Assembly (NCBI GenBank): GCA_964388035.1
Contig: CAYLZE010000093.1
Span: forward strand, 1 to 20,765
DNA length: 20,765 bases
Direction: 5' to 3'
Origin: an uncultured archaeon
Lineage (GTDB): Archaea > Asgardarchaeota > Lokiarchaeia > Sigyniarchaeales > SOKP01
In this document: piece by piece, positions 1-8,123 of the stretch
Numbering within the stretch: position 1 is the first letter of the stretch
Layout: every line of letters begins with the position of its first letter
Position numbers and translations under genes: made by a program
Notes under the pieces: generated by a model
What the model saw: only the letters and a program-made list of their open reading frames with translations
Database searches by the model: none
Told to the model about the DNA's origin: nothing

Positions 1-152
1 GGTACATTCATGGCATCCATCATAAAATAGAAGGAGTCCGCATTTATAAAGGTTAAGACATTAATAACTTTTTAAGTTTTTTTTAATTTATTATCTCATA
101 AAAGTGATTTTCGTCTCGACAGATTCGTTTAAATTTAATTAACCTTAAATTT

Positions 153-1025
153 TTATCCGTTATCTTTAAGAAAATCTTTGATTTTTTTTGCGATGAATTC
201 AGGCTGATCATGTTGGATCCAGTGAGAAGCATCCTTTACGCGCACTAGGGTTAAATCTTTTACATATTCATCCAAACCATCTAACACGGCGGAGGTAACA
301 AACATATCTTTCATGCCATGTAAGACCAATGTGGGCACATTTATGATACCCGTGAAATTCTCAAATGCCATGTTAGCCCGATAATAGTTGACGCCTCCTA
401 AAATTGCTCCCGGTTGTTTCCATGCTTGAATGTATTGGGACTTGTCAAATTCATCGTACTCTTTCACAGCAGTGCCAAATACGGAAAACTTAAGTGTCTG
501 AAACTCATTTTCATACAACCCTTTTTCCCCATTAGGTTCCAAGAATTTAAAAATATACCCGCTCGCTTTCCGTTGATGCTTATCAGTTTGAAGTTTCTTG
601 CGAAATACCTTAGGATGGGGCGCATTCAAGATGATTAATTTTTTTAACAGGTCTGGATATTTTTCTGCAAAATTCCAAGCAATCATTCCGCCCCAATCGT
701 GCCCACAAACGGAATAATTGCTTAAATCTAACTTTTCTGCTAGGATTTTAATATCTGAGACTAGTAAACTAATTTCATAATTTTCTACTCCCTCTGGTTT
801 ATCGGAGAGATTATAACCTCGTAAATCAGGTACGATCAGCTTGAACTCGTTTTTTAATAACAAGATAAGGTCTTTCCAGCCATACCAAAAATCGGGGAAG
901 CCGTGAAGCAAAAATAAGGGTTCTCCCATCCCAAACATCATTACATGAAGCCTTATCCCGTCCACGGGGACATATTCTTCTTGAAACGTTCCAAAGATTT
1001 CTTCCATTTTTGTTGTCATTTTCAT
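153..1025 (-). CDS. Alpha/beta hydrolase, epoxide hydrolase-like
   Basis: HGFPD oxyanion motif, DLRGYNLSDKP, GHDWGG Asp-nucleophile elbow, YYRA cap Tyr and C-terminal catalytic His (ASHWIQHD). Confidence 0.9.
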   Translation of the reverse strand: MKMTTKMEEIFGTFQEEYVPVDGIRLHVMMFGMGEPLFLLHGFPDFWYGWKDLILLLKNEFKLIVPDLRGYNLSDKPEGVENYEISLLVSDIKILAEKLDLSNYSVCGHDWGGMIAWNFAEKYPDLLKKLIILNAPHPKVFRKKLQTDKHQRKASGYIFKFLEPNGEKGLYENEFQTLKFSVFGTAVKEYDEFDKSQYIQAWKQPGAILGGVNYYRANMAFENFTGIINVPTLVLHGMKDMFVTSAVLDGLDEYVKDLTLVRVKDASHWIQHDQPEFIAKKIKDFLKDNG

Positions 1026-1047
1026 GTTTTGAGATTTTATATACCTA

Positions 1048-1992
1048 TTAATTTAATCGCATATTAATGTTCTTTTGTTTTAACTCTGCTTTATATTTCT
1101 CCTTCCAATTAAGATCTATTTTATCTAAAGCAAGGAGTGCTTCTTCTCTTAACCAATCATGATATTCTTTTAATAGTTCTATCAAATAAGGAACGGAATC
1201 TTCAAAGCCAAGTACTCCTAATGCTCTAATTAATCCTTGCTTGAATTCAGCATTCTCATAATTTGATTCCTTATTGTTGAGTTCTTCTAGCTTATGGAGT
1301 AATCTTTCATTCAATTGCTTTCTTGATAGTAACCCTAATAATGCTTCCAAAGTGAATTTCCATTCATCTAAACTTTTTAAGTTTAAATTGTCGATCAAAT
1401 ATGGAATCGCGTCTCTGGCTTTTAATGCTTCAAGAGTTTGGATTATCTTGATGCGAACGTTTTTCTCCGCGATTTTAAAAGTCTCAATTAATGCGTCAAT
1501 AGCAGAAGATTCCTTCAACATGCCAAAAGATTCAGCAGCATCCATTTGAATTCTCTTATCCGTACTCATTAAGGCTTCTTTCAATACATCAATGATATAC
1601 CCTCTAAATTCTTCTTTCCTAGCTAAAGGAATCAATAAACTCAAGGCAGTTCGTCTAATTTCTATTTTCTTTTCATTTTTTAAAACCCAAATAAGAGGTT
1701 CTATCGCTATATTTCCTTCATAATTAAATGCTAGCAATTTGGCCGCCTCAATTCTTACCTCTGGTTCTTCATCTGACACGAAATAATTTTCGATTTCTTT
1801 AAGATGCGTTTTATCATTAAGGCGGTTGAGATATTCTAAAATTTTAATTCGGATTTCCTTATCATCGGAAAGGGAGTATATATTATGAAGCCGTCTAATT
1901 GTTTCCTCCTTTCCTATCTTATCTGCTTGTTCTATAATTGATTCGGGAGTGGTCAAAGTAAATTGGTTCTTTTTTTTCTTTTTATCAGTCAT
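1048..1992 (-). CDS. HEAT/PBS-lyase repeat protein
   Basis: Repeated 'VR..AA..L / L...L.D....R..A..AL' units (EVRIEAAKLL, EIRRTALSLL, IQMDAAESFG, WLREEALLAL). Lies 22 bp upstream of the hydrolase on the same strand, so probably co-transcribed. Confidence 0.85.
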   Translation of the reverse strand: MTDKKKKKNQFTLTTPESIIEQADKIGKEETIRRLHNIYSLSDDKEIRIKILEYLNRLNDKTHLKEIENYFVSDEEPEVRIEAAKLLAFNYEGNIAIEPLIWVLKNEKKIEIRRTALSLLIPLARKEEFRGYIIDVLKEALMSTDKRIQMDAAESFGMLKESSAIDALIETFKIAEKNVRIKIIQTLEALKARDAIPYLIDNLNLKSLDEWKFTLEALLGLLSRKQLNERLLHKLEELNNKESNYENAEFKQGLIRALGVLGFEDSVPYLIELLKEYHDWLREEALLALDKIDLNWKEKYKAELKQKNINMRLN

Positions 1993-2012
1993 CTTTAAGT
2001 AGAAAATTTAAA

Positions 2013-2026
2013 TATATAAATCTTCT
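2013..2026 (-). promoter_or_regulatory. Putative archaeal BRE/TATA promoter of the HEAT-hydrolase unit
   Basis: Minus strand reads AGAAGA-TTTATATA, with the TATA box 21-28 nt before the ATG at 1992. This spacing fits a near-leaderless transcript. The AT-rich background lowers specificity. Confidence 0.45.
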
Positions 2027-2444
2027 ATTAATCTAATTTAAGGTTCGTATTTAATATCTTGAAGATTAAAGAGTGTTTGCATCAGATTCTTAACAAAAAA
2101 AAGGGAAAGTAATTTTTAGGTTGAATTATTTTGATGAAATTCCTTTATATTCCTCTTTTTTTTCTGTTTCTGTTGATTGATCTCCAATATAATAGTATGG
2201 GAATGACCATGAATGTAAGGAAAAATCGAGCTAAAAACTCTCAAAAAAATACAATACTTTGAATCATCCCATCCAGGAGGGAGGAGTGCCTGATTTGTTC
2301 ACATTAAATATGTGGAACGAATGATAATAGAATAGGTTTTTTCCTCATAATTCTTTACATCAGAACGAGAAGTAATGAGAAAATATAAAAATTAACACAA
2401 ATATTAGGAATATTTCTTAAAGAATAGAAATAATTTCTAAAAGA

Positions 2445-2666
2445 TTAATAAAAGTATTCTTTTAGAGAAGTTGAAAATTCATCTAATGCATTAGAATGAT
2501 TTTCGCCGAATTTTATCTTTCCATATTTACCCAAATCAGATTTTTCGAGTGGTCTTTTTTGAACAGAGAAAAATTTTGTAAAAGATCTTTCAAAATCGAT
2601 CGCACTCATGCTCTTTTCTTCGGCAAATTTTATTTGCCCAAAATACTCAAGGATCTTATCAATCAT
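2445..2666 (-). CDS. Small hypothetical protein (73 aa), possibly a truncated remnant
   Basis: GAGGTG Shine-Dalgarno-like motif just before the ATG and host-like composition. No recognisable family. Confidence 0.45.
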   Translation of the reverse strand: MIDKILEYFGQIKFAEEKSMSAIDFERSFTKFFSVQKRPLEKSDLGKYGKIKFGENHSNALDEFSTSLKEYFY

Positions 2667-3011
2667 GATTCCACCTCTTATTTTTCATTGATTTTTAATG
2701 GTTTATTTAAATATTTTTTTAATTAAATAGATAGATTATAGGATTAATTTCAAAGTAAGTATTTAAATCAATTCATAATCTACCTAATATCATAGATTTC
2801 ACATGGTAATAGTCGGGATCATATTATTTTTTCCCGTTTACCAATTCAATGGAGCTCTCCTGAATAAAAAGTTAATAGAAAAAATTTCTTTAACTATTAT
2901 GTTCTACAAGAATTTATATTCATGATCAAATACATTTTAAATGATAGAATGATTTAATTATTAGAAAACCATGAATATCGCAGGTTTAACCTAGCATTTT
3001 TATGAGAGGAG

Positions 3012-3962
3012 ATGACATTGGATAGAAGAATAGAAAACAGCAAATACTTGAAGTATTTACTTCAATCTCTCAATGTTAATGATTTGAAAGATATTTGTAA
3101 GACTTATGATCTTAAGGGATATTCGAAATTAAAAAAAGCTGAAATGATAGATTTTATCGATAATTCTTTAGCCAAAGAAGAAATTGCGGATTTTATTAAA
3201 AATAAGGAACTAGAGATTTTATCCGTCGAAATCGATTTAGCAATTAGAAAAATTGATGGTAAAGAGCGAGAGACGATTGAAAACATAATAATCAAGAATG
3301 CAAAAAATCATGAAGTAGAACTAAAATTTACGGGATTTAATTGGGAGACAAATTCTTATTTATCAATAAGAAAGGATAATATTGATGATCCAGAGAGAGA
3401 TTGCGATTGTAGAACCGGAGTCAATCAAGGACTTTGCAGTCATTTTTGGGTGGGTTTCATTTTTTCTTTAAAAGAAGGTTTTTTTAATTTAAATGAATGG
3501 ACATTAACTAATTTACCCGATGATTTTGAGAAAAGAATGAAATTCATGGAAATTTCAAAAACTCCACCTGAAGGGGAAAATAAAGAAGAAACTATTACTC
3601 TAATTAATAAAGGGTCCGATAGTTGGATTTTAATGTCACTAATTGGGGAAGCTGTGAGCGTATATGAGGGAGAAATCACAGAAGTTGAACGCAAAGAATT
3701 TGATTTTCAAGGAAACATCACAATTTCTTATTTGGTCTCTCTAAAAAATGTTAAAATTGGCCCCAGGTTGAAGAAAGCGAGTGAGTATCATGAAGCGGAT
3801 ATAAAATTCGTTGATGAATTGAAAGTAAGGTTAAGTGAAAATTTATATAACCCAAATGATGTTCAAAAGGAAAAAAAATTAAAATTTAATGGAAGGATGG
3901 ATAGAGACGATTTTCTCAGAACCTTCGTGATTAAAAATGTGAGAAAGATTGAAGTTATCTGA
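3012..3962 (+). CDS. Putative nucleic-acid-binding protein: Rho_N/HeH-like domain + SWIM zinc finger + OB-like C-terminus
   Basis: LNVNDLKDICKTYDLKGYSKLKKAEMIDFI (Rho_N/SAP-like), CDC-x8-CSH (SWIM pattern CxC-xn-CxH), beta-rich C-terminus (EGEITEVERKE...KLKFNGRMDRD). GAGGAG immediately upstream of the ATG. Confidence 0.7.
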   Translation: MTLDRRIENSKYLKYLLQSLNVNDLKDICKTYDLKGYSKLKKAEMIDFIDNSLAKEEIADFIKNKELEILSVEIDLAIRKIDGKERETIENIIIKNAKNHEVELKFTGFNWETNSYLSIRKDNIDDPERDCDCRTGVNQGLCSHFWVGFIFSLKEGFFNLNEWTLTNLPDDFEKRMKFMEISKTPPEGENKEETITLINKGSDSWILMSLIGEAVSVYEGEITEVERKEFDFQGNITISYLVSLKNVKIGPRLKKASEYHEADIKFVDELKVRLSENLYNPNDVQKEKKLKFNGRMDRDDFLRTFVIKNVRKIEVI

Positions 3963-4143
3963 CCCACGATTAAAAATTTCAAACCTATATTATTATTTAA
4001 AATGGGTGAAACGATTCGATCTTAATTTTTTATTTAAAAAAACTTTTAACCTCTAGGTTCTGATTTTACTAAATAATGAATTATTTAATATTTTAAAGTT
4101 CATTATTTTCATACTAATAAAATGGTAAATATGATACAGAACA

Positions 4144-5616
4144 ATGAAAAGGGAGCATGATAAGATTTCAGGATTATATTCTACAGGGCTTTTGACGGAT
4201 TTCTATCAACTAACCATGGCGAATGGTTATCTCTTAAAAGATCTAGGTAAAGACCATTCGGTTTTTGATTTATTTTTTAGAAAGGCCCCTTTTAAAGGAG
4301 TATATGCTATTTGCTATGGAATAAATAATGCAATTAAGAATATAAGTGAAATGAGCTATAGTTCCGATGATATTGAATATCTTCAAGAGCAAAACCTTTT
4401 TTCGGAGAAATTTTTGGAATATTTAGAAAATTGGAAGTGTCAATTAACCATAAGGTCAATTGACGATGGTCGGGTAATCTTTCCTTACGAGCCGGTAATG
4501 GAAGTTGAGGGACCCTTGATTCAATGCCAATTAATTGAAACTTATCTATTAAATTGCTTTAATTTTCCTACATTATGCGCAACGAAAGCTAATAGAATGT
4601 GGTTGACTTCAGGAAGACAGCCCATACTCGAATTTGGCTTAAGAAGGGCACAAGGACCAAACGGAGGATTAACAGCTAGTGAAGCAGCTATGGTAGGAGG
4701 ATGCGTTAGTACCTCCAATGTTCTTGCCGGAAAACTCTGCGATATTCGAGTCAGCGGCACCCAAGCTCATTCCTGGATCATGGCATTTGATTCAGAATTG
4801 GAAGCATTTAGAGCTTATGCTGAGATTTATCCCGATAATTGCATCCTCCTAATCGATACCTATGATATAATTGAAGGGTGTAAAAATGCCATTATTGTTG
4901 GAAAAGAACTCGAAGAAAAAGGGAAACAATTGAATGGAGTGAGAATTGACTCCGGGGATCTTGCATATTTTAGTCGGAAGGTACGAAAGATGTTAGATAA
5001 AGCCGGTCTCCCGTACGCAAAAGTAGTGGCATCTAACGATGTAGATGAATACATAATTGCAGAAATTAAAAGAAATAGGGGGGCGGTTGATCTATGGGGA
5101 ATAGGAACCAAACTTGCCACCTGTTATGATGATCCTGCCCTTGGAGGGGTTTATAAATTAGTAGAGATAGACGGACAGCCTAAATTGAAAATTTCTAGCA
5201 ACGTGGAGAAAACGACCATCCCTTCAAAAAAAAAGCTATTTCGAATTTATGATGCGGAAGATTTCATGACGGGAGACGTCATGCAACTTTATTCAAAGGA
5301 AAATCTTGAAGAAGATTTCGTCTACGATCCGGTCAATCCCTTACGCTTCTATAAAGTTAAAAATCCTTTCCGAGTTGAGCAATTATTAAATTTAAAAATG
5401 GAAAATGGAAGAATCATTAAGAATTTGAATGGATGGCAAGAGGCAAGAAAGGTGATGGAAGAAGATATAATTCATCTTACAGAAGCTTCCACGCGATTAT
5501 TGAATCCTCAAAATTATAAGGTAAGTATCAGTAAATCCTTACATGAGCTTCGAACCAAATTAATTGAGGAATATATGGGAAATATTGATAAATTTCAACC
5601 TTCTAATGATATATAA
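4144..5616 (+). CDS. pncB: Nicotinate phosphoribosyltransferase
   Basis: LLTDFYQLTM, EFGLRRAQG, GTQAHSW (phospho-His), LIDTYD, GVRIDSGDL, GIGTKL and GGVYKL motifs. Confidence 0.95.
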   Translation: MKREHDKISGLYSTGLLTDFYQLTMANGYLLKDLGKDHSVFDLFFRKAPFKGVYAICYGINNAIKNISEMSYSSDDIEYLQEQNLFSEKFLEYLENWKCQLTIRSIDDGRVIFPYEPVMEVEGPLIQCQLIETYLLNCFNFPTLCATKANRMWLTSGRQPILEFGLRRAQGPNGGLTASEAAMVGGCVSTSNVLAGKLCDIRVSGTQAHSWIMAFDSELEAFRAYAEIYPDNCILLIDTYDIIEGCKNAIIVGKELEEKGKQLNGVRIDSGDLAYFSRKVRKMLDKAGLPYAKVVASNDVDEYIIAEIKRNRGAVDLWGIGTKLATCYDDPALGGVYKLVEIDGQPKLKISSNVEKTTIPSKKKLFRIYDAEDFMTGDVMQLYSKENLEEDFVYDPVNPLRFYKVKNPFRVEQLLNLKMENGRIIKNLNGWQEARKVMEEDIIHLTEASTRLLNPQNYKVSISKSLHELRTKLIEEYMGNIDKFQPSNDI

Positions 5617-5652
5617 TAAAGATTTTGAGACCTTTAACTTTGGTAGGATGAA

Positions 5653-8088
5653 TTAAATAAAGTCTTGAATCGTATTTCTGATCTGAACAAATTTTTTATA
5701 ACTTTCTTTAAAATCATCCCGTTGTAATGCTTCTAAGGCTTCTTTATTTAATAGATCGAACTCTATTTTAAGTTCTTCAAAACGATAGAGTTCAATTAAT
5801 CTATAGTTAAAATTGCGAATTTCATCTTTCATCGTCCGTCCAACGTTCCATTTGATTAAATCTCCCACTTCAGCGATTATGGTTTCATCAGGGAAAGTAT
5901 CTATGGGATCTTTTATAAAATGAACATAATACAGAGGGATGATATCCTCGAGAACAACGCCTTCTAGAATCCTACCAAATCCATTTGTAAAAGGTAATCT
6001 TGCCTCATAAAAACCTTCTTGATCCAAAATTTCTAAATTTGAATGGGTTTTGATGATTTTTAATTGATCTTTTAGCATGAATATGATCGTTCTGGACACT
6101 CTTCTTCTCAGATTATAATTTAACTCCACCTTTTCTCTCGGAGCTATATTATTGAATTGCCAATTAATCTCTAGACCTTCTTTTTTGGGAACCCTTTCTG
6201 GCATATCCTTGACTTCTTCTCCATTCAATTCGATTTTTTGAATCTCGAAATTAAAAGGTATAATATCTGTAATTATGGCTTCTTCAATATATTCATCAAA
6301 AGGATTTTCTAAACCCGACATCACTTGATATATCGATTGTTCTTTTTCCTTATTGCTTTGTTCAACTTTTAATTCCTTATCTAATTCCAATGTTTTTCCC
6401 GATTTGCTCACGATTGCTACTTTGTTTGTGATTTCTTCTTTAATTTCAACACGGTGTTCTTCTAATAATTTTCCCAATTCTCTTAAAATTTCGTTTGGAT
6501 CATCTGAAATATCTCCCAATACATCACCCACGGAAAATTGTTCAATTAGCGGAAGCACTTCCTCTTGATTGAATTCAATAATTGTCTCTAATTCTCTAGC
6601 TTTTTGATAATAGTGTTGTTGCTCTTGTTTTTCTTTCTCCTTTCTTGCTTTCAATTTCTCATTTTCTAAAATAAGGGTTTCCTTTATCGAGAGATACTTG
6701 TTCTTCAAAATATCATCCTCTAAAGAGGTTGAGATAGTAAGGAGTTTTTCACATAAATCTAAGGAGGTAGTAAAATCACGTTTAGCATGCGCTTTTTCTA
6801 ATAGCTGTTCCAAATTCCTGACTTCCGTTAGGAGAGATTCTTCTTGTTCTTTTTGAATATCAATTTTCTTAAATTTCTCTTCCAGTGTTTCCTTTAAAGT
6901 GCTGAACTTTTGGAATAAATCATCTCTTTCTATCTTTTTGGATAAATCAAGATTCTTTTCACATAATGCAATGGCTTCACGATAATGTTCAGTTGCAGTA
7001 GTTTTTTCCATGTTATTTTCATTTTCAATAATTTGAGAGAGAATTTCTCTTTTTCTTTCGGTAATATCTCTTAAATTTTCATATCTTTCACTTAAATTAG
7101 AATTTTCGAGGTACTTGGAAAGTATGATAATTTTATCGCATTTTTTTATGATCTCTTCATAATTTTTCGCTTCTTGATCATTCTTTATTTGTTCTTCCAA
7201 TTTTGTAATGCTTTCTAAAGCATTTTCTTTCTCTCTTTTTAAATTTTCAAGATTTGCTTGAAGTTCTTGTTCTATTTCCATGTATTTTTTGGTTAAAGAA
7301 GGTTCTCTTATGATTCTGGTAATTTTTAGTATTTCCTCACATGTGTTTGATGCTTCCTCGAATTGGCCATTTCTTTCGCGTTCCTTGAGAGTTTCCTCTA
7401 ATTCCTTGATCTTTTTAATGGATGCTATTTTTTTCTCAATATTATTTAAGTTATTTCGGTATTTTCTTAAAATTTCAAAATTCTTAACGGATTGTGAAAT
7501 TTCAATTATTTCTCGATATAATGCGGCTATAGATTGAAAGTCTCTGTCTTCTTCTTTTTTTTTAACTTTTTGTTCTAAATCTTCAATGTTTTTCATGGAA
7601 TCTTCGAATTTCTTTTTATTATAAATGAGTTCTTTCCGCCTATCATAGAGTCTCTTATTAAATACCATATCATCATCTAGACGAATATATTCTAACATTT
7701 CATCGATCTTATCAATAGCTTGATCAAACAGCAATTTTGATTCTAATTCTTTACTTTCCTTGAGACCTTCTTGTACTACTTCAATTTTTTCATCATCTAA
7801 CTTTTCTTCCACGAATGAGAATTTATAATCAAACCGCCTTTTTTTTTCCTCAATTATTTCACAAGAACTAATAATTATATTTCCATAGACATTCTTCCAA
7901 CTGGATAGTTCTGGATGAAATCCCGCCTTTTCTAAGCGCTCTGTTGCATCAATTCGCTCCACTTTCTCAATTACTTGGTCTATAAAAGATTTTTTGTAAT
8001 GCCTTATTAAAAAAGACTTAATCTCCTCTTTCCGGGTGGGAAAAGTATCCTGATATTTTACAAAAATCTCTTCTATTTGTTCACTCAT
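5653..8088 (-). CDS. Large helical-repeat protein (MIT/TPR-like three-helix units) with two C-terminal Ig-like (DUF11-like) beta-sandwich domains
   Basis: Five to six units of 'LE..l......(F/Y).ea...ce.il.ls..l....l..kY', then two copies of 'N.......v..DIIP.........l.W........e...nY.L'. No signal peptide or TM segment visible. Confidence 0.7.
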   Translation of the reverse strand: MSEQIEEIFVKYQDTFPTRKEEIKSFLIRHYKKSFIDQVIEKVERIDATERLEKAGFHPELSSWKNVYGNIIISSCEIIEEKKRRFDYKFSFVEEKLDDEKIEVVQEGLKESKELESKLLFDQAIDKIDEMLEYIRLDDDMVFNKRLYDRRKELIYNKKKFEDSMKNIEDLEQKVKKKEEDRDFQSIAALYREIIEISQSVKNFEILRKYRNNLNNIEKKIASIKKIKELEETLKERERNGQFEEASNTCEEILKITRIIREPSLTKKYMEIEQELQANLENLKREKENALESITKLEEQIKNDQEAKNYEEIIKKCDKIIILSKYLENSNLSERYENLRDITERKREILSQIIENENNMEKTTATEHYREAIALCEKNLDLSKKIERDDLFQKFSTLKETLEEKFKKIDIQKEQEESLLTEVRNLEQLLEKAHAKRDFTTSLDLCEKLLTISTSLEDDILKNKYLSIKETLILENEKLKARKEKEKQEQQHYYQKARELETIIEFNQEEVLPLIEQFSVGDVLGDISDDPNEILRELGKLLEEHRVEIKEEITNKVAIVSKSGKTLELDKELKVEQSNKEKEQSIYQVMSGLENPFDEYIEEAIITDIIPFNFEIQKIELNGEEVKDMPERVPKKEGLEINWQFNNIAPREKVELNYNLRRRVSRTIIFMLKDQLKIIKTHSNLEILDQEGFYEARLPFTNGFGRILEGVVLEDIIPLYYVHFIKDPIDTFPDETIIAEVGDLIKWNVGRTMKDEIRNFNYRLIELYRFEELKIEFDLLNKEALEALQRDDFKESYKKFVQIRNTIQDFI
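6660..7765 (-). repeat. Protein-level tandem helical repeats (~55-70 aa), diverged at DNA level
   Basis: LEQKVKKKEEDRDFQSIAALYREIIEIS, LEETLKERERNGQFEEASNTCEEILKIT, LEEQIKNDQEAKNYEEIIKKCDKIIILS, NENNMEKTTATEHYREAIALCEKNLDLS, LEQLLEKAHAKRDFTTSLDLCEKLLTIS. Boundaries are approximate. Confidence 0.75.
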
Positions 8089-8123
8089 TAAATCACTTTT
8101 TTATTTTTAGGTTTTTGAAATGG

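Noticed and set aside
1-60. Possible minus-strand gene start (MMDAMNV...) after a TTTATAAA box
   Set aside because: Only 7 codons are in the window, too little to support a call.
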